DNA from: Crateriforma spongiae
Lineage (GTDB): Bacteria; Planctomycetota; Planctomycetia; Pirellulales; Pirellulaceae
Direction: 5' to 3'
NCBI RefSeq assembly: GCF_012290005.1
Contig: NZ_JAAXMS010000007.1
Coordinates: 41,991 to 105,990, forward strand
DNA length: 64,000 nucleotides
Shown: positions 30,951 through 39,637 of the stretch, in pieces
Layout of the letters: each line of letters begins with the position of its first letter
Numbering within the stretch: position 1 is the stretch's first letter
Translations under genes and position numbers: made by a program
The notes under the pieces: generated by a model
Told to the model about the DNA's origin: nothing
Database searches by the model: none
What the model saw: only the letters and a program-made list of their open reading frames with translations

Positions 30951-33014
30951 TCAAGATTTCGACAGCATTCGGCCGGCTTTTTGATCCGCGATGTTGGCGG
31001 TTCCCGCCATCGACAGCAGACTGGTCAACTGGCTGCGGACATCATCGGTCGACGCCATGCCCATCATTTTGGCGATCAGGGCGGCGATCGACAGGTCTTT
31101 GACGCCATCGGTGTCCAGGTTGAATTGGCTGATCAATTCGGAAAGTTGGTCACGGAAGTATTCGGCGTTGCCGTCAAAGAAGGTGTCTTTGATATCGGTC
31201 GCAACTTTGCTGTTGTAGACGAACCGGTCGATGGCTTTGCCGCCCTTGACCGCAGTTGTGATCTGATCGAAGAACTCGCCGTCGCCACCGACGATATCGA
31301 TGCGTGCCGCCTTCAGCGCGTCGGCGACTACACCGGCTTGGCTTTCGGCGATGCCGCGTTGTGCATCGATCGCAGCGATTTCGACTTGCTTGGTCTTTTC
31401 CAAGTTCAGTTTGAATTCTTCGTGGTCCTTGCCGACGCCGTCCAGCAATTTCATGGCTTCGGCCTTTTCGGTGATGCCGGTGGCTTCGGCGTGATAGGTT
31501 TCGCTCATGACCTTGGCTTCGGCCAAACCTTCCTTTTCGATCGCGACGGCTTTGGCTTCTTGTACCTTGGCTTCGGCCAGTCCGGCGGCCGCGGCGGTTG
31601 CTGTTTCGCCTTCGGCCAGCATCTTCGCACCTTCGGCGTCCTTGGCTGCCGCGTCGCGTTTGGCTTCTGCTTCGATGCGGATCTTTTCAGCCAACAGTTC
31701 ACTGGCGTCACGTTCGGCCTGGGCCAGTTTGGTTTGGCGAATCAATTCTTGTTCGGCGGCCATTTCCGCAGCGGTGACTTCGACGCGTTTCAGACGATCG
31801 GCGGCGGCGTGTTCTTCGGTGTCCTTGATGCGTTCCTGTTCTTCGACGACCGCACGTTCGACGGCGACGCGTTCGCGGATCACTTCTTGGATGTTTCGCT
31901 TTTCGACTTCGATCGCTTTTTCTTTCTCGACATCAGCGACGCCGACCAAACGCATCCGTTCGGTGGCTTCCAAGTCACGGTCACGGGTGACACGTTCCAG
32001 TTCCACCGCATCGGTTTTTTCTTTGTTCCGCTGGGCGACCAAGACCTGCCGTTCTTTGTTTTCGGTCGCGATGCCGATTTCTTCTTCGGTCGCGATGCGG
32101 GCACGTTCGGCTTCTAAACGTTGTTCTTCTTCGACTTTGGCGGCTGCGGCGTTTTCGCGAGCGGTGATTTCGGCGATTTCACGCTGTTGTTTCTCGACCG
32201 CTTCGACGCGTTGTCGTTCCAGTTCCAGAATGGTTTCTTCCGCCTCGACGTCTTGCTTCTTCAGCGTCTTTTCTTTGTCGCGGGTGAACTGGTTTTCCTT
32301 GACCTTTTCATCGGCGGTCAATTCGGTGATCTTTTTGATGCCTTCGGCGTCCAGAATGTTGTTGGGCGAAAGCAATTCGATCGGCGTTTGTTCCAGATAA
32401 TCGATCGCGGCGTCGTCCAGCCGGTAACCGTTCAAGTCGGTTCCGATGACTTTCAAAATTTCTTCTTTGAACTTGTCCCGTTGGTCGTACAAGTCGACGA
32501 AGTCGAACTGCTTGCCGACGGTCTTCAGGGCTTCGCTGAACTTCGCATCAAACAATTCACGCAGCGTGTCGATTTGCGCACAGCGTTTCGCACCGATCGA
32601 CTGGGCCACCTCCTTCATTTCTTCCGGTGTTTTATCGACACGCACGAAGAACGCGACTTTGATGTCGGCACGGATGTTGTCTCTACAGATCAAGCCTTCG
32701 CTGCCCTGACGATGAATCTCGAATGACTTCAGCGTCAGGTCCATGAATTCGTGTTGGTGCAGCAGCGGGACGACGAACATGCCGTCGCCGGTGGCCACTT
32801 TCAGGCCGCCGGAACCACTGCGAACCAGGGCGGTATCGGGACCGACCTTGATGTAACACTTTTTGAAGATCGCCGCGGCGATGAAAATGCTGATTGCCAG
32901 AAAGCCGATCAAGATGATCGCGGCATCGGCGGCAGCGCTGTTGGTGATCAATTGCGCAAGCATGGTGGAGTCCAACAAGGGTGTTAAATCGACAATGGGC
33001 AATGGGAAAGTCAT
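30951..33014 (-). CDS. Flotillin-family SPFH/band-7 protein (YqiK/FloT-like)
   Basis: N-terminal TM (AAIILIGFLAISIFIAAAIF). SPFH core (VRSGSGGLKVATGDGMFVVPLLHQHEFMDLTLKSFEIHRQG...IRADIKVAFFVRV). Long Ala/Glu-rich flotillin coiled coil. Start trimmed to the ATG at 33014, which lies 13 nt after the upstream TAA and has taAGGTG 9 nt upstream. Confidence 0.9.
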   Translation of the reverse strand: MTFPLPIVDLTPLLDSTMLAQLITNSAAADAAIILIGFLAISIFIAAAIFKKCYIKVGPDTALVRSGSGGLKVATGDGMFVVPLLHQHEFMDLTLKSFEIHRQGSEGLICRDNIRADIKVAFFVRVDKTPEEMKEVAQSIGAKRCAQIDTLRELFDAKFSEALKTVGKQFDFVDLYDQRDKFKEEILKVIGTDLNGYRLDDAAIDYLEQTPIELLSPNNILDAEGIKKITELTADEKVKENQFTRDKEKTLKKQDVEAEETILELERQRVEAVEKQQREIAEITARENAAAAKVEEEQRLEAERARIATEEEIGIATENKERQVLVAQRNKEKTDAVELERVTRDRDLEATERMRLVGVADVEKEKAIEVEKRNIQEVIRERVAVERAVVEEQERIKDTEEHAAADRLKRVEVTAAEMAAEQELIRQTKLAQAERDASELLAEKIRIEAEAKRDAAAKDAEGAKMLAEGETATAAAAGLAEAKVQEAKAVAIEKEGLAEAKVMSETYHAEATGITEKAEAMKLLDGVGKDHEEFKLNLEKTKQVEIAAIDAQRGIAESQAGVVADALKAARIDIVGGDGEFFDQITTAVKGGKAIDRFVYNSKVATDIKDTFFDGNAEYFRDQLSELISQFNLDTDGVKDLSIAALIAKMMGMASTDDVRSQLTSLLSMAGTANIADQKAGRMLSKS

Positions 33015-33027
33015 CGGCAAAGGCACC

Positions 33028-33774
33028 TTAATCTTGGGCCGCGTTTGCATCGGCGGCCGTGACGGTGTAGATGCGACGGTCGGAATCAAAATCAATAATC
33101 CGCACGATGCCGTCACGTGGGACCGTGCCTTCGGTCGTGCGGATGTTCAACAGCAACGGCGCCGCGTCGGTTGTGAATTCGCCTTGGCCAAAGGTCGGCG
33201 AAACTTCACTGGTGGAAACGCGACACGTCTTGCCGATCAATCGAGCGGCTTCGTACGTCGGACCGCGCCGCGACAGAAAACCAAGTCGATCGGTCAGAAC
33301 CTTGGTCGCCAGTGTTGCCATGACCACGTTGCGGGTCGTCAGCAACAGTGTCGGGATCAGCGCCGGTGCGAAATGGTCTTGGTCATAGCTGTACCACATC
33401 GCGTAACTGACGGCCCAAAACAATGACGTGAACACCGAACACCAAATCACCAAAGGGATTTTGCCCAGGTTCAGCCAACGGACCGTCATCGCACCCAAAC
33501 CGCTGACCGTGCCACCATCGGCGGCGGATTGCCAGGCGCCATCAGCGGCGGGAATCTCCGTTTCCATCGAAGCGTCGGCGTCACCGAGATCAATGTCGCC
33601 GGCGTCCATTTCCATTCCATCCGGATCGATGTCGGCACCCAGTCCGAAATCAAAGTCCAGCAGGCCGAGCGCAACGACAACGGCATAGATCAGCATCACG
33701 CCGACCATGACCGATGCCGGCCAGACCGGTCCGACGAACAGTCGTTCCAGGAATTGGATGATCGATTCGGACAT
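33028..33774 (-). CDS. YqiJ/NfeD-like inner-membrane protein (DUF1449-type N-terminus, C-terminal NfeD OB-fold)
   Basis: TM helix, an acidic linker (DFDFGLGADIDPDGMEMDAGDIDLGDAD), 2-3 further TM helices, then a C-terminal beta-rich region (GKTCRVSTSEVSPTFGQGEFTTDAAPLLLNIRTTEGTVPRDGIVRIIDFD). Its position directly upstream of the flotillin gene mirrors yqiJ-yqiK and nfeD-floT pairs. Confidence 0.65.
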   Translation of the reverse strand: MSESIIQFLERLFVGPVWPASVMVGVMLIYAVVVALGLLDFDFGLGADIDPDGMEMDAGDIDLGDADASMETEIPAADGAWQSAADGGTVSGLGAMTVRWLNLGKIPLVIWCSVFTSLFWAVSYAMWYSYDQDHFAPALIPTLLLTTRNVVMATLATKVLTDRLGFLSRRGPTYEAARLIGKTCRVSTSEVSPTFGQGEFTTDAAPLLLNIRTTEGTVPRDGIVRIIDFDSDRRIYTVTAADANAAQD

Positions 33775-33872
33775 GGAAATTCGAAAAACGGCGGGGATGA
33801 AGGGGCGGTCTGGGATCGTGGGCATGGTCCCGGCGGATCCTTGGCGCAAAATCCTTCACGAAAGCCAGAATT

Positions 33873-33888
33873 GGCCCCGGTGGTGCCA
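33873..33888 (-). promoter_or_regulatory. Candidate sigma-54 (-24/-12) promoter upstream of the YqiJ-like/flotillin operon
   Basis: The minus strand reads TGGCACcaccgggGCc. The -24 hexamer is perfect and the GC dinucleotide is at the canonical GG-N10-GC spacing, but the -12 TT is replaced by GG. It lies ~100 nt upstream of the ATG at 33774. It is the only intergenic TGGCAC with correct spacing that I found. Confidence 0.3.
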
Positions 33889-34050
33889 CCGCGCAGCGGG
33901 GGCCGTCCATGACAAGATAGGTCAGAAACGCGACGCCGTGATGCTCGTGATCGCTTTGCGCCTCACGCTGCCCGGATTATCCGCCGGACCCGCATGACCG
34001 TTCGCTGAAAACGTTGGGCTGTCCCGTGGATGGGAACGGGCCAACGGCCG

Positions 34051-35367
34051 TCACGACAGTGCGTCGAACTGGGGCGGATGGTTTGGCGGCGGATCGTAGG
34101 GGCCCAGGCTTTCAATGCCGCTTGGGGCCGCCGCAGATATCGGCGACGTCACGTCCGTCGCGGGAACGATGGATTTCAACGTCCCACGCAGCAGCAGCGT
34201 GTCCAGATCCAGCATGCCGATCAGAATGCCCCCGTCATCGACCACGGGGATCGCACGTTGGTTGCGGTCACCGGACAACAGAATCGTTTCCAAGTCTTCG
34301 TCCAGCGTCGCCGGTGTGATTGAATGGTCCGCCAAGCCGCCGATCGGCGTCATCGGGTCGACCCGTTGTTCGATCGCTTCTCCGACGTCCTTCAGACGCA
34401 CCACCCCGACGACGGTGCCGATTCGTGAAACGACCGGCTGGGTGGCCGCCGAGTTGTTTTTCCAATCAAACGCGACGCGACCCAGTGGCGTGTCCATGGG
34501 AATGCCGGCCACACCACGGATCATCACATCATCCACGCACAGACCACGCACGGATTCCATCACGTCGACTTGTCGTGCTTCGTTCATCCCAGCAAAAGCG
34601 ATGAAGGCGGCGATGAACACCGGCATGAAAGCGCCCACCTGCAACGCATAGAACGCCATCAATGCGGCACACAGCAATCCGATCCGCGAAGCGATAAACG
34701 TCGCGCGACGGTACGACATCAACATCGCCAAACCGCTTCGCAAAACACGGCCGCCGTCCATCGGGAACGCGGGGATCATGTTGAATACGATCAGCATGAT
34801 GTTGACCAGCAACATGGTCAGAACGAATCCCCATATCGATGGCTCGATCAACAGATCACTCAGTTCGATCTGTGATTGGGTGTCCCATCCCAAGCGGATT
34901 CCCAGATCGCCACCGGTGAAGGCATAGATTCCCAAGATCAGCAAACCGGCAATGACCACGTTCACCGCCGGGCCAGCCACTGCGACCAATAATTCTTGCC
35001 ACGGCACACGCGGCATCTGCTTCAAGCGGGCCACGCCACCGATCGGCAACAACGTGATGTCCACCGTGGGCACATGAAAGATTCGGGCGGTCAATGCGTG
35101 GCCGTATTCATGCAGCGTCACGCACAAGAAGACGCCGAACAGACGGGCGACGCTGTAGACAACGCCCAAGGGGCCTTCGGACCAGGACGTGGCGACCATG
35201 TACGCGATCAACAACCCGAACGTCCAGTGGACGAACAGATCGATCCCGAAGAAGGTTCCCAGTCGCAGGCGTCGTTCCAGCACAATCAGTTCGTCGGGTT
35301 GGTGGAGAAAGCAATGGCGGCATCGGAGGCGTTGGCACCCGATGGCCGGGAGCCTGGTTTTCGTCAC
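34051..35367 (-). CDS. Site-2 protease family (M50) intramembrane metalloprotease with tandem CBS domains
   Basis: HEYGHAL (HExxH), NMIPAFPMDGGRVL (NxxPxxxxDG), and a C-terminal CBS pair (VMIRGVAGIP...VVGVVRLKDV...AIPVVDDGGILIGMLDLD). Confidence 0.85.
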   Translation of the reverse strand: MTKTRLPAIGCQRLRCRHCFLHQPDELIVLERRLRLGTFFGIDLFVHWTFGLLIAYMVATSWSEGPLGVVYSVARLFGVFLCVTLHEYGHALTARIFHVPTVDITLLPIGGVARLKQMPRVPWQELLVAVAGPAVNVVIAGLLILGIYAFTGGDLGIRLGWDTQSQIELSDLLIEPSIWGFVLTMLLVNIMLIVFNMIPAFPMDGGRVLRSGLAMLMSYRRATFIASRIGLLCAALMAFYALQVGAFMPVFIAAFIAFAGMNEARQVDVMESVRGLCVDDVMIRGVAGIPMDTPLGRVAFDWKNNSAATQPVVSRIGTVVGVVRLKDVGEAIEQRVDPMTPIGGLADHSITPATLDEDLETILLSGDRNQRAIPVVDDGGILIGMLDLDTLLLRGTLKSIVPATDVTSPISAAAPSGIESLGPYDPPPNHPPQFDALS

Positions 35368-35484
35368 GGTCCCCTGCGGCGGCCCATCGGTGCCAAGGGT
35401 ATGTTACGCGTCCACCCAGTCTAGGTTTCCGCCAAAGTTTGCGGCACCGCAGTTTTGATCCTCCAGCACCCTTGATGGCTTCCC

Positions 35485-35931
35485 ATGTTGCGATCCCGCC
35501 TGATCCATCCCCAGATCAACGCCGTTCTTGCCGCCGCCGGGCACCACAGCACCATTCTGATCGCCGATGGCAACTACCCTGCCCTGAACAAACGTGGCCC
35601 CAACGCCGAATTGGTCAGTTTGAATCTGATGCCGGGATTGGTCACGTGCGATCAAGTCCTGCAGGCGGTCTTGTCGGCCGTCCCGGTGGAGCGGATTCAG
35701 ACGATGCAGACCGAAACCGAAGGCCCTTATGCGCTGGACGGCGATCCACCGGTTTGGGACGACTATCGAAAATCGATCCGGGACGCCGGATTGGATTTAC
35801 AGATCGAGCCGATCGAAAAGTGGGATTTCTACAAAGCCGTCGAAACTCCCGATCACGTGCTGACGATCCAAAGTGGCGACCAACAGCGGTACGCCAACAT
35901 TTTGCTGTCCATCGGCGTCCGCATGGACTGA
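35485..35931 (+). CDS. RbsD/FucU family sugar mutarotase/pyranase
   Basis: MLRSRLIHPQINAVLAAAGHHSTILIADGNYPA and the C-terminal QQRYANILLSIGV are typical of RbsD/FucU. Confidence 0.75.
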   Translation: MLRSRLIHPQINAVLAAAGHHSTILIADGNYPALNKRGPNAELVSLNLMPGLVTCDQVLQAVLSAVPVERIQTMQTETEGPYALDGDPPVWDDYRKSIRDAGLDLQIEPIEKWDFYKAVETPDHVLTIQSGDQQRYANILLSIGVRMD

Positions 35932-36100
35932 TTCTGCGTCCCGAACGCCATCAACTTTGAGGCCTGTTCACTTGACGCAAGTGTGGCCAGGCGTACAGTT
36001 GTCGGGCCGTCGGTGCGGTGTCGATTCTGCGGCACCTGCTGGCCGACCGCTGGGCAAGACCGATGTGCAAACACCAACCAGGGAAGTCGTGAGGTGATTG

Positions 36101-38095
36101 ATGGCGTCTTCTGCACGTTCAACCAAACGTTCGACGAAAAGTGCGTCCGGATCCGTCGATCCCCCGGCGTCACCACGACCGATCGGCGGCGATCCTCGCG
36201 AAGTCTTGCGTGACACCTTTGGTTTGCCGCACTTTCGTGACGGCCAATACGCGGTCATCGATCGATTGTTGGCAGGCAAAAACGTCGCCGCCGTCTTTCC
36301 GACGGGCGGTGGAAAGAGTCTGTGCTATCAATTGCCCAGCCAAATGTTGCCGGGCGTCACCGTGGTGGTGTCGCCATTGATCGCGTTGATGAAAGACCAA
36401 TGCGATTCGCTGGCCGCGCGTGGTGTTGCGGCGGCACGCAGCGATTCGGGTTTGACCCCGGCGGAATTCCGCGCCGCCAGCCAGGGTGTCCGTGACGGAT
36501 CGATCAAAATCTTATTCGTTTCACCCGAACGCTTTTTCAACGAAAGGTTCTTGGCGTCGATCGACGGGTTGCCCATTTCTTTGTTTGCGATCGACGAGGC
36601 GCATTGCATCAGCCAATGGGGCCACAATTTTCGGCCCGACTATCTGAAACTGGCCGGGTTGACCCGACGCCTGGGAGCCGAACGAGTGTTGGCGTTGACC
36701 GCCACCGCGACGCCGGAGGTCTTGGCCGACATTCGTGACGCGTTTGACATCGCGCCGGATGATTGCATTCAAACCCCATTTCATCGGCCCAACTTGCGGC
36801 TGCGCAGTTCGCTGCATTCGGCCGAACAGCAATACAGCGCACTGGCGGACAGAATCCGCAGTCGCCCCCGCGGCAGCACGCTGGTCTATGTGACGCTGCA
36901 GAAAACGGCGGAGGAAGTCGCCGAACGTTTGACCGCCGACGGCATTCCCGCGACGGCCTATCACGCGGGGCTGGATAAGGATGAACGTCAAGCGATTCAA
37001 CAGGCGTTTGTCCAAGATGATGATGCCATCGTGGTCGCAACAATCGCCTTTGGGATGGGGATCGATAAATCCAACCTGCGGTACGTGTATCACTTCAACC
37101 CGCCAAAGTCGATGGAGTCGTACGCCCAGGAAATCGGCCGTGCCGGGCGCGACGGCAAACCGGCGACTTGCGAAATGCTGTTGGTCCCCGAAGATCGCGT
37201 GGTGCTGGAAAACTTTGTCTATGGTGACACCCCGTCACGCCACGCCGTCGGCCGGTTCATCGATCTGGTCGCCGGCCAAGCGGACACGTTTCATGTGTCG
37301 CATTACCGGTTGTCCAGCGAATCGGACATTCGCGTGTTGGTGATTCGGACGTTGCTGACGTATTTGGAACTGGAGGGGCATTTGCAGGCGACGTCACCGC
37401 GGTTTGATTCTTATAAGATCAAGCCGCTGGTCACATCACAGGCAATCTTGAAGCATTTTGATGGTGAACGACGACAATTCGTGGCCGGGATTTTGTCGTC
37501 GCTGACCAAAGGACGCACTTGGTTCACGCTGAACATGGTGTTGGCGACGCAGCGTCTGGGCGGCGATCGCCAGCGGATCGTCAAAGCGCTGGACCACATG
37601 GCCGAACAGGGATGGATGGAATTACAGGCGACGGAACTGGTGCACGGTTATCGTTGGATCAAACGATTCGATGATCGAAAGACGGTGGCCGATGACTTGT
37701 TTGATCGTTTGGCCCGCCGTGAAGAAGGCGAAGTGCGTCGTATCGATGAGGTGTATCACCTGGCCGCGGCCGACCGTTGCATGGCGGCAACGTTGGCCCA
37801 GCATTTCGGCCAGTCACTGGAAGACGGCTGTGGCCAGTGCAGTCACTGTACCGGTGATGCGGCGGGCCCCGTCCCCGCCACCAAACCGCGTCCCCTGGGA
37901 TCATCGGTTGCCCGTTTGTTGGGCGATGTCACCAAACAGTATCCGGACCAGTTCACGCACACGCGGGACAAGGCACGTTTTTTGTGTGGTCTGTCATCGC
38001 CCGCGTTGATCCGGTCTCGGTTGACCCGCCACGCAGGCTATGGCGTCTGTCAACATTTGCCGTTCGCCCATGTTTTGGAGCAGTTGGACGGATAG
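36101..38095 (+). CDS. recQ: RecQ-family ATP-dependent DNA helicase
   Basis: FRDGQYAVIDRLLAGKNVAAVFPTGGGKSLCYQLP, AIDEAHCISQWGHNFRPDY, VATIAFGMGIDKSNLRYVYH and QEIGRAGRDG. C-terminal Cys cluster CGQCSHC. GAGGTGA sits 5 nt before the ATG at 36101. Confidence 0.85.
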   Translation: MASSARSTKRSTKSASGSVDPPASPRPIGGDPREVLRDTFGLPHFRDGQYAVIDRLLAGKNVAAVFPTGGGKSLCYQLPSQMLPGVTVVVSPLIALMKDQCDSLAARGVAAARSDSGLTPAEFRAASQGVRDGSIKILFVSPERFFNERFLASIDGLPISLFAIDEAHCISQWGHNFRPDYLKLAGLTRRLGAERVLALTATATPEVLADIRDAFDIAPDDCIQTPFHRPNLRLRSSLHSAEQQYSALADRIRSRPRGSTLVYVTLQKTAEEVAERLTADGIPATAYHAGLDKDERQAIQQAFVQDDDAIVVATIAFGMGIDKSNLRYVYHFNPPKSMESYAQEIGRAGRDGKPATCEMLLVPEDRVVLENFVYGDTPSRHAVGRFIDLVAGQADTFHVSHYRLSSESDIRVLVIRTLLTYLELEGHLQATSPRFDSYKIKPLVTSQAILKHFDGERRQFVAGILSSLTKGRTWFTLNMVLATQRLGGDRQRIVKALDHMAEQGWMELQATELVHGYRWIKRFDDRKTVADDLFDRLARREEGEVRRIDEVYHLAAADRCMAATLAQHFGQSLEDGCGQCSHCTGDAAGPVPATKPRPLGSSVARLLGDVTKQYPDQFTHTRDKARFLCGLSSPALIRSRLTRHAGYGVCQHLPFAHVLEQLDG

Positions 38096-38182
38096 GCCGC
38101 GACGATAGAATGAGGGTTGGACGTGATCGCGACCTTGATGACCGAAGGCCGCGATCTTCCCGCAAGCAAAGCTTGATGCCCC

Positions 38183-39253
38183 GTGACCATGACCGCATCG
38201 CAACCGACCGAATCCTCCGCTTCGCCCTGCCCGCCGGCTTCGCCCCGCTCCGCCGATCCGATCGTTGTCGCCGCGATGTACCGGTTCGTTCGCTTGGCAG
38301 ATTTCGAGTCGCTGCAGACGCCGATCAAGGATCAAATGCTTCGCTGCGGTGTGAAGGGGACCCTGTTGTTGGCGGCCGAAGGAATCAACGGGACCGTCGC
38401 CGGTGATCGGCAAGCCATCGATGGGTTGCTGGAATACTTGCGTGCGGACGACCGGCTGGCGGATTTGGATGTGAAGTTTTCCTTTTGTGATTCGCCGCCG
38501 TTCAAGCGAACGCGGGTGCGTCTGAAAAAGGAGATCGTCACGATGGGGGTCGACCAGATCGACCCGGCCCGGTCCGTCGGAACCTATGTCGAACCACAGC
38601 AATGGAATGATTTGATCAGCGACCCCGACGTCGTGCTGATCGATACCCGCAACGATTATGAAGTCGAAATCGGTACGTTTGACGGCGCGATCAACCCGCA
38701 GACGACATCGTTTCGCCAGTTGCCGGAATTCGTCGACAAAAATCTGGACCCGACCGTCCATAAGAAAGTCGCGATGTTTTGTACCGGAGGTATTCGGTGC
38801 GAAAAATCAACGGCCTATCTGAAACAGCGTGGTTTTGAAAACGTGTATCACCTGCGGGGCGGCATCCTGAAATACTTGGAATCGGTTCCCCAAGACGAAT
38901 CACGATGGAACGGTGATTGTTTCGTGTTTGATCAGCGGGTTTCCGTGGGCCATGGTTTGGCCGTGGGCCAGCACGTGATGTGTTTCGGATGCGGCTGGCC
39001 GGTTTCGGTCGACGAACAGCAGGACCCGCGATACGTCCGAGGTGTGCACTGTCCCCGTTGCGTCGACAAGTTGACCGAAGACCAAAAACGGCGTTTCGCC
39101 GAACGCCAGCGACAACTTGACGCGGCCGATGGGGCGGGCACGCCAGCCCCCGACATCGCAGAAACCCACGGCGAACCACGGACGAACGGTGACGACGGAC
39201 ATCCATCAAATCACCGCGACAGCATGGCCGCCGAATCGCCGATGATCCGTTGA
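38183..39253 (+). CDS. trhO: Rhodanese-domain tRNA uridine(34) hydroxylase (UPF0176/YceA family)
   Basis: [18 protein letters not shown]...[16 protein letters not shown] and the rhodanese active-site loop [36 protein letters not shown]. Start is GTG 38183 or ATG 38189. Confidence 0.85.
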   Translation: MTMTASQPTESSASPCPPASPRSADPIVVAAMYRFVRLADFESLQTPIKDQMLRCGVKGTLLLAAEGINGTVAGDRQAIDGLLEYLRADDRLADLDVKFSFCDSPPFKRTRVRLKKEIVTMGVDQIDPARSVGTYVEPQQWNDLISDPDVVLIDTRNDYEVEIGTFDGAINPQTTSFRQLPEFVDKNLDPTVHKKVAMFCTGGIRCEKSTAYLKQRGFENVYHLRGGILKYLESVPQDESRWNGDCFVFDQRVSVGHGLAVGQHVMCFGCGWPVSVDEQQDPRYVRGVHCPRCVDKLTEDQKRRFAERQRQLDAADGAGTPAPDIAETHGEPRTNGDDGHPSNHRDSMAAESPMIR

Positions 39254-39394
39254 CCGGGGCTGCCCCGCTTCGGCTAAACTGTTCGTTTGCCGGGATCCTT
39301 GTACGTTTCCCGATTCGAAAGTCGATCGACCGTCGGTTTGCCACCGGTTACGTTCGACGCAACTGTTTTTTTTGTGAATCACGGGCGTGCTGCT

Positions 39395-39637
39395 ATGAAA
39401 AGTCGCTTTGCTGCAATCGGTCGGATGTTGATGGTGTTGGGCGGTTGTTGTGCCGGCGGTCTGGCCAGCGCGCACCCGGGGCACGGTTTGGTGGACGAAG
39501 GGCCGGTGCATCAGGCCACATCCCCCGAACATTTTCTGTCGATCGTCGCTGCCGCCCTGTTTGTGGGTGGTCTGGCCGTGTTGTCCGCGATGGTTCGTAA
39601 ACCGGTTTCCGGCAAAACATCGTCGACAAACGAGTGA
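39395..39637 (+). CDS. Small (80 aa) secreted or membrane-anchored hypothetical protein
   Basis: MKSRFAAIGRMLMVLGGCCAGGLASA signal, an HPGHG motif, and a C-terminal TM (FLSIVAAALFVGGLAVLSAMV). Its stop abuts the permease start. No homology recognised. Confidence 0.4.
   Translation: MKSRFAAIGRMLMVLGGCCAGGLASAHPGHGLVDEGPVHQATSPEHFLSIVAAALFVGGLAVLSAMVRKPVSGKTSSTNE

Noticed and set aside
30846-32400. Long plus-strand ORFs 30846..32117 (423 aa) and 31507..32400 (297 aa)
   Set aside because: They are antisense to the flotillin gene. Their products are low-complexity (F/G/D-rich or S/A/R-rich) mirror images of the Ala/Glu coiled-coil codon periodicity. The flotillin frame has clear SPFH motifs.
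35094-35960. 288-aa plus-strand ORF spanning the M50 protease start and the RbsD/FucU gene
   Set aside because: It is Arg/Pro/Ser-rich and out of frame with two genes that have clear family motifs, so I consider it spurious.
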